A stretch of 64,000 nucleotides of DNA from Lytechinus pictus. Taxonomy: Eukaryota. Of the stretch, positions 63,318 through 64,000 are shown piece by piece. Position 1 is the stretch's first letter. The number at the start of each line of letters is the position of its first letter. Both the position numbers and the translations under genes were made by a program. The stretch lies in NCBI RefSeq assembly GCF_037042905.1, contig NC_087251.1, positions 37,202,001-37,266,000 of the forward strand. Reading direction: 5' to 3'. A model generated the notes under the pieces. It did not search any database. It saw only the letters and a program-made list of their open reading frames with translations, and was not told the DNA's origin.

Positions 63318-64000
63318 TCAATCAAAATTCCTCCAAAGACGAAAAACAAAATTTTGACTAACTGACATACAACTTAGATATTTCATTTTCATTATGATGG
63401 GTCATGACCTAGGGCTACCTTAATTTTATGATGCTTTGAACATACAGACTTTGTAGTTTTTTTCCATTATAGTAATCCTAATAATGTGATATCATATCAT
63501 TCTAAAAGTCTAATATTTGGATACATTTAAATAAAACATTTTTTTTATATTTCTGCTTATAACTTCTTCCAATGCCTGTTCTAAGCATAGGTAAAGGGCC
63601 TGTAACATGAATTAGACTTGAGTATCATTCCGTTAGAGTTTGAATGTGGCATCTAGTGCCCTCTTTCCGCAATGTTTCTATATTTACTCAAAATATGCCT
63701 TTGAGCACTTACTTTGATGATTGAGTAATTGGATATTAGAAAGCTACTGACAGATTATATCCTGAAATTTTCAACAAATTACACACTTGAGAAGGGATTT
63801 TATTTATTTTTTTTAAACACACTTATTTTATTTTGATGGGGCACCCGATAAAATTGAATTTGATGTAAAATCATTATATCAATTAAATAAAACAATTTTT
63901 ATTTCATATCCTTCACATCATGTTTTATAATTAAATGCACTTTTACTAAGATTTACCAAAACTAAAGATGCTTTAAAGGATTGGTGGTTAAAAAAAGAAA

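Overview
AT-rich eukaryotic genomic DNA; the repeat landscape and intron-rich genes suggest a marine invertebrate, possibly a sea urchin (inference only). There are three main components. (1) A spliced + strand gene of unknown function (exons about 5963-10347) encodes an S/T-rich protein with a (PPRPNF)-type repeat. (2) A ribokinase gene (RBKS) lies on the - strand: seven in-frame coding exons span 22504-63276, and exon 1 is beyond the right edge. (3) An apparently very young, full-length 9.8-kb Gypsy/Ty3 LTR retrotransposon (39815-49650) sits antisense in RBKS intron 3. It has an ATAC TSD, near-identical ~1.56-kb LTRs, a tRNA-Leu PBS, intact gag and pol, and a candidate -1 frameshift pseudoknot. 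The most unusual feature is a third ORF in the env position that is not an envelope protein. It has a splice acceptor directly before its ATG and encodes a C2H2 zinc finger, an acidic 8-aa tandem repeat broken by a 4-nt insertion, and a TQT (LC8-type) motif. The remainder is dense with nested non-autonomous elements (Helentron-type elements with internal satellite arrays, MITEs, SINEs, a LINE relic), a perfect 122-bp-arm hairpin and two minimal hammerhead-like motifs. All calls were made by eye; no searches were run.
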